64,000 nt of DNA from Nitrospirales bacterium. Lineage in GTDB: Bacteria > Nitrospirota > Nitrospiria > Nitrospirales > UBA8639. Location of the stretch: NCBI GenBank assembly GCA_965203295.1, contig CBDBCZ010000018.1:1184001-1248000 (forward strand), written 5' to 3'. Of the stretch, positions 62,706-64,000 are shown in pieces (the first letter of the stretch is position 1; the number at the start of each line of letters is the position of its first letter). The notes under the pieces were generated by a model. The model was not told the origin of the DNA. It searched no databases and worked only from the letters and a program-made list of their open reading frames with translations. The translations under genes and the position numbers were made by a program.

Positions 62706-64000
62706 CATGCGCAAAGTAAGGTAAGGCGGGGCTATTTCGACGGCGATAGTTGCGCTTATTATCTCCAGCGTACTGTGGAGTTGGGCGATGATTTTATAGT
62801 TCAGTATAGTACAATAGGACAGCTATATGCATAGCGGTTTTTAGCTTCGTAATTTGTATGAAACTGGATCTATGAACGAGGCGGTACATCAAAGACTATA
62901 GCTATATTATACATGTATAGCCAGACTATACTGGAAGAGATGGCGGTGGGAACTCCTCTAGTGGAAAGAGGCATGATACGAAAGAGAGCAGCTGCACTGA
63001 GACTTGGGAAGTTTCTTTTATAGCACTGCATGAAATTGACCCCGCCCAGCTCAGTACACAACTCTTTGTTGGGTTTTGGGTTGGTGAAGGTACAGTATTT
63101 CCAGCTGTTCACTTAGAATCAGTGATAATGCATACAATGTCATGTATGTAGTTTTACATGCACATCCTTAAGTTTGTAAACACTAAGTCTTGTACGTACG
63201 CTATACAGTATATCAGTCAATTGCATATTATTTGTAACCTCGTGATACCTCATACAATATGGGATGCTTGACAGTTAGTCAATCTTCATATAATTAACTT
63301 TAAGGAATAGAAAATACATATTCAATTTTCATTGTCATTGATCTTTGAAAACCTCATGATTCAAGTTTTCATTGTGGCATATGCCAAATTTCATATACAA
63401 CCATAGATTCATGGATGAAAATTTTCATTGGCTATTGAGAAAATCATGCATTTTCATTGACAGGCGACATTTTCATTGTTCAATGAAAAACCCATGACGC
63501 AAGTTTTCATTGACACACGTCCCTTTTCATGTACTTTACATGACCTTTTCATGTGTATTTCAGTGACCTTACTCCCAGTAGTGTGTCATGGACTCCTTGG
63601 GGACCTGGTGAAGTGTCCTGTATAGATAGGTGTCATCATCTCGGGTAAATTTCTAACATAATATTTGGGGCATAACAAAGTGTCCTTAATACAGAAGAGT
63701 CCATGCATATTTCAGGCCTAGGGGTGTCCTTTAAAAGGGGGATTCTACTGTACACCCTTGGGCCCTACACAGCAAGTTCACTACAAATGCTCAGTTCATT
63801 GTGGTGCTTCTTAAACAAACCAGCTGTTGCTACGTATAGCTAATCTTGCAAGTAATCACCTGAACCAATTTATAAGCTTCATGTTTTGTTAACTATGTAG
63901 CTGATAGTATTCTGTCGCTTTAGTGACCATCACATTTCAGTTGGTTAGTGGGGAGTTGGATGTATTGGTAGTGGTGGGAGAGGGGGTGGGGTGGCGTGGT

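Larger units (their letters stand above)
58471..63583. mobile_element. 5.1-kb non-autonomous CACTA/EnSpm element with nested insertions
   Basis: CACTACTGG ... CCAGTAGTG termini and a 3-bp TSD TGT. Subterminal ATGAAA motifs are oppositely oriented at the two ends. Removing the element rejoins a pogo-like MITE. Confidence 0.88.

Overview
Eukaryotic, intron-containing, transposon-rich DNA. The gene families point to a demosponge (inference). Left to right: (1) the first two exons of a CDV3 homologue on the - strand; (2) a two-exon signal-peptide + 7TM gene carrying a frameshift, whose intron holds a 528-bp near-perfect inverted repeat; (3) a tandem array of five Kelch-propeller loci on the - strand (14.9-35.5 kb). 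Three of these share the same 19-nt first exon and the same type of Kelch last exon but differ in the middle exon: an intact kinase + coiled coil (about 1007 aa), a Death domain (pseudogene), and an HRD-dead kinase with stops. The Kelch loops after each GG are hypervariable between copies; (4) two divergently transcribed, intronless, GC/CpG-rich paralogues (422 and 425 aa) of an unrecognised family, with a layout suggestive of a beta-pore-forming protein, one directly preceded by a satellite rich in TTCCAGGAA; (5) many nested mobile elements: a 5.1-kb CACTA, IS3EU-, hAT-, piggyBac-, Merlin- and pogo-like MITEs, a gypsy relic, LINE relics, a Penelope-type hammerhead motif and tRNA-Thr-derived repeats. 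The best candidates for an undescribed system are the modular effector-Kelch array and the adjacent intronless gene pair, possibly an innate-immunity locus. No database search or structure prediction was run; family assignments come from motif recognition.
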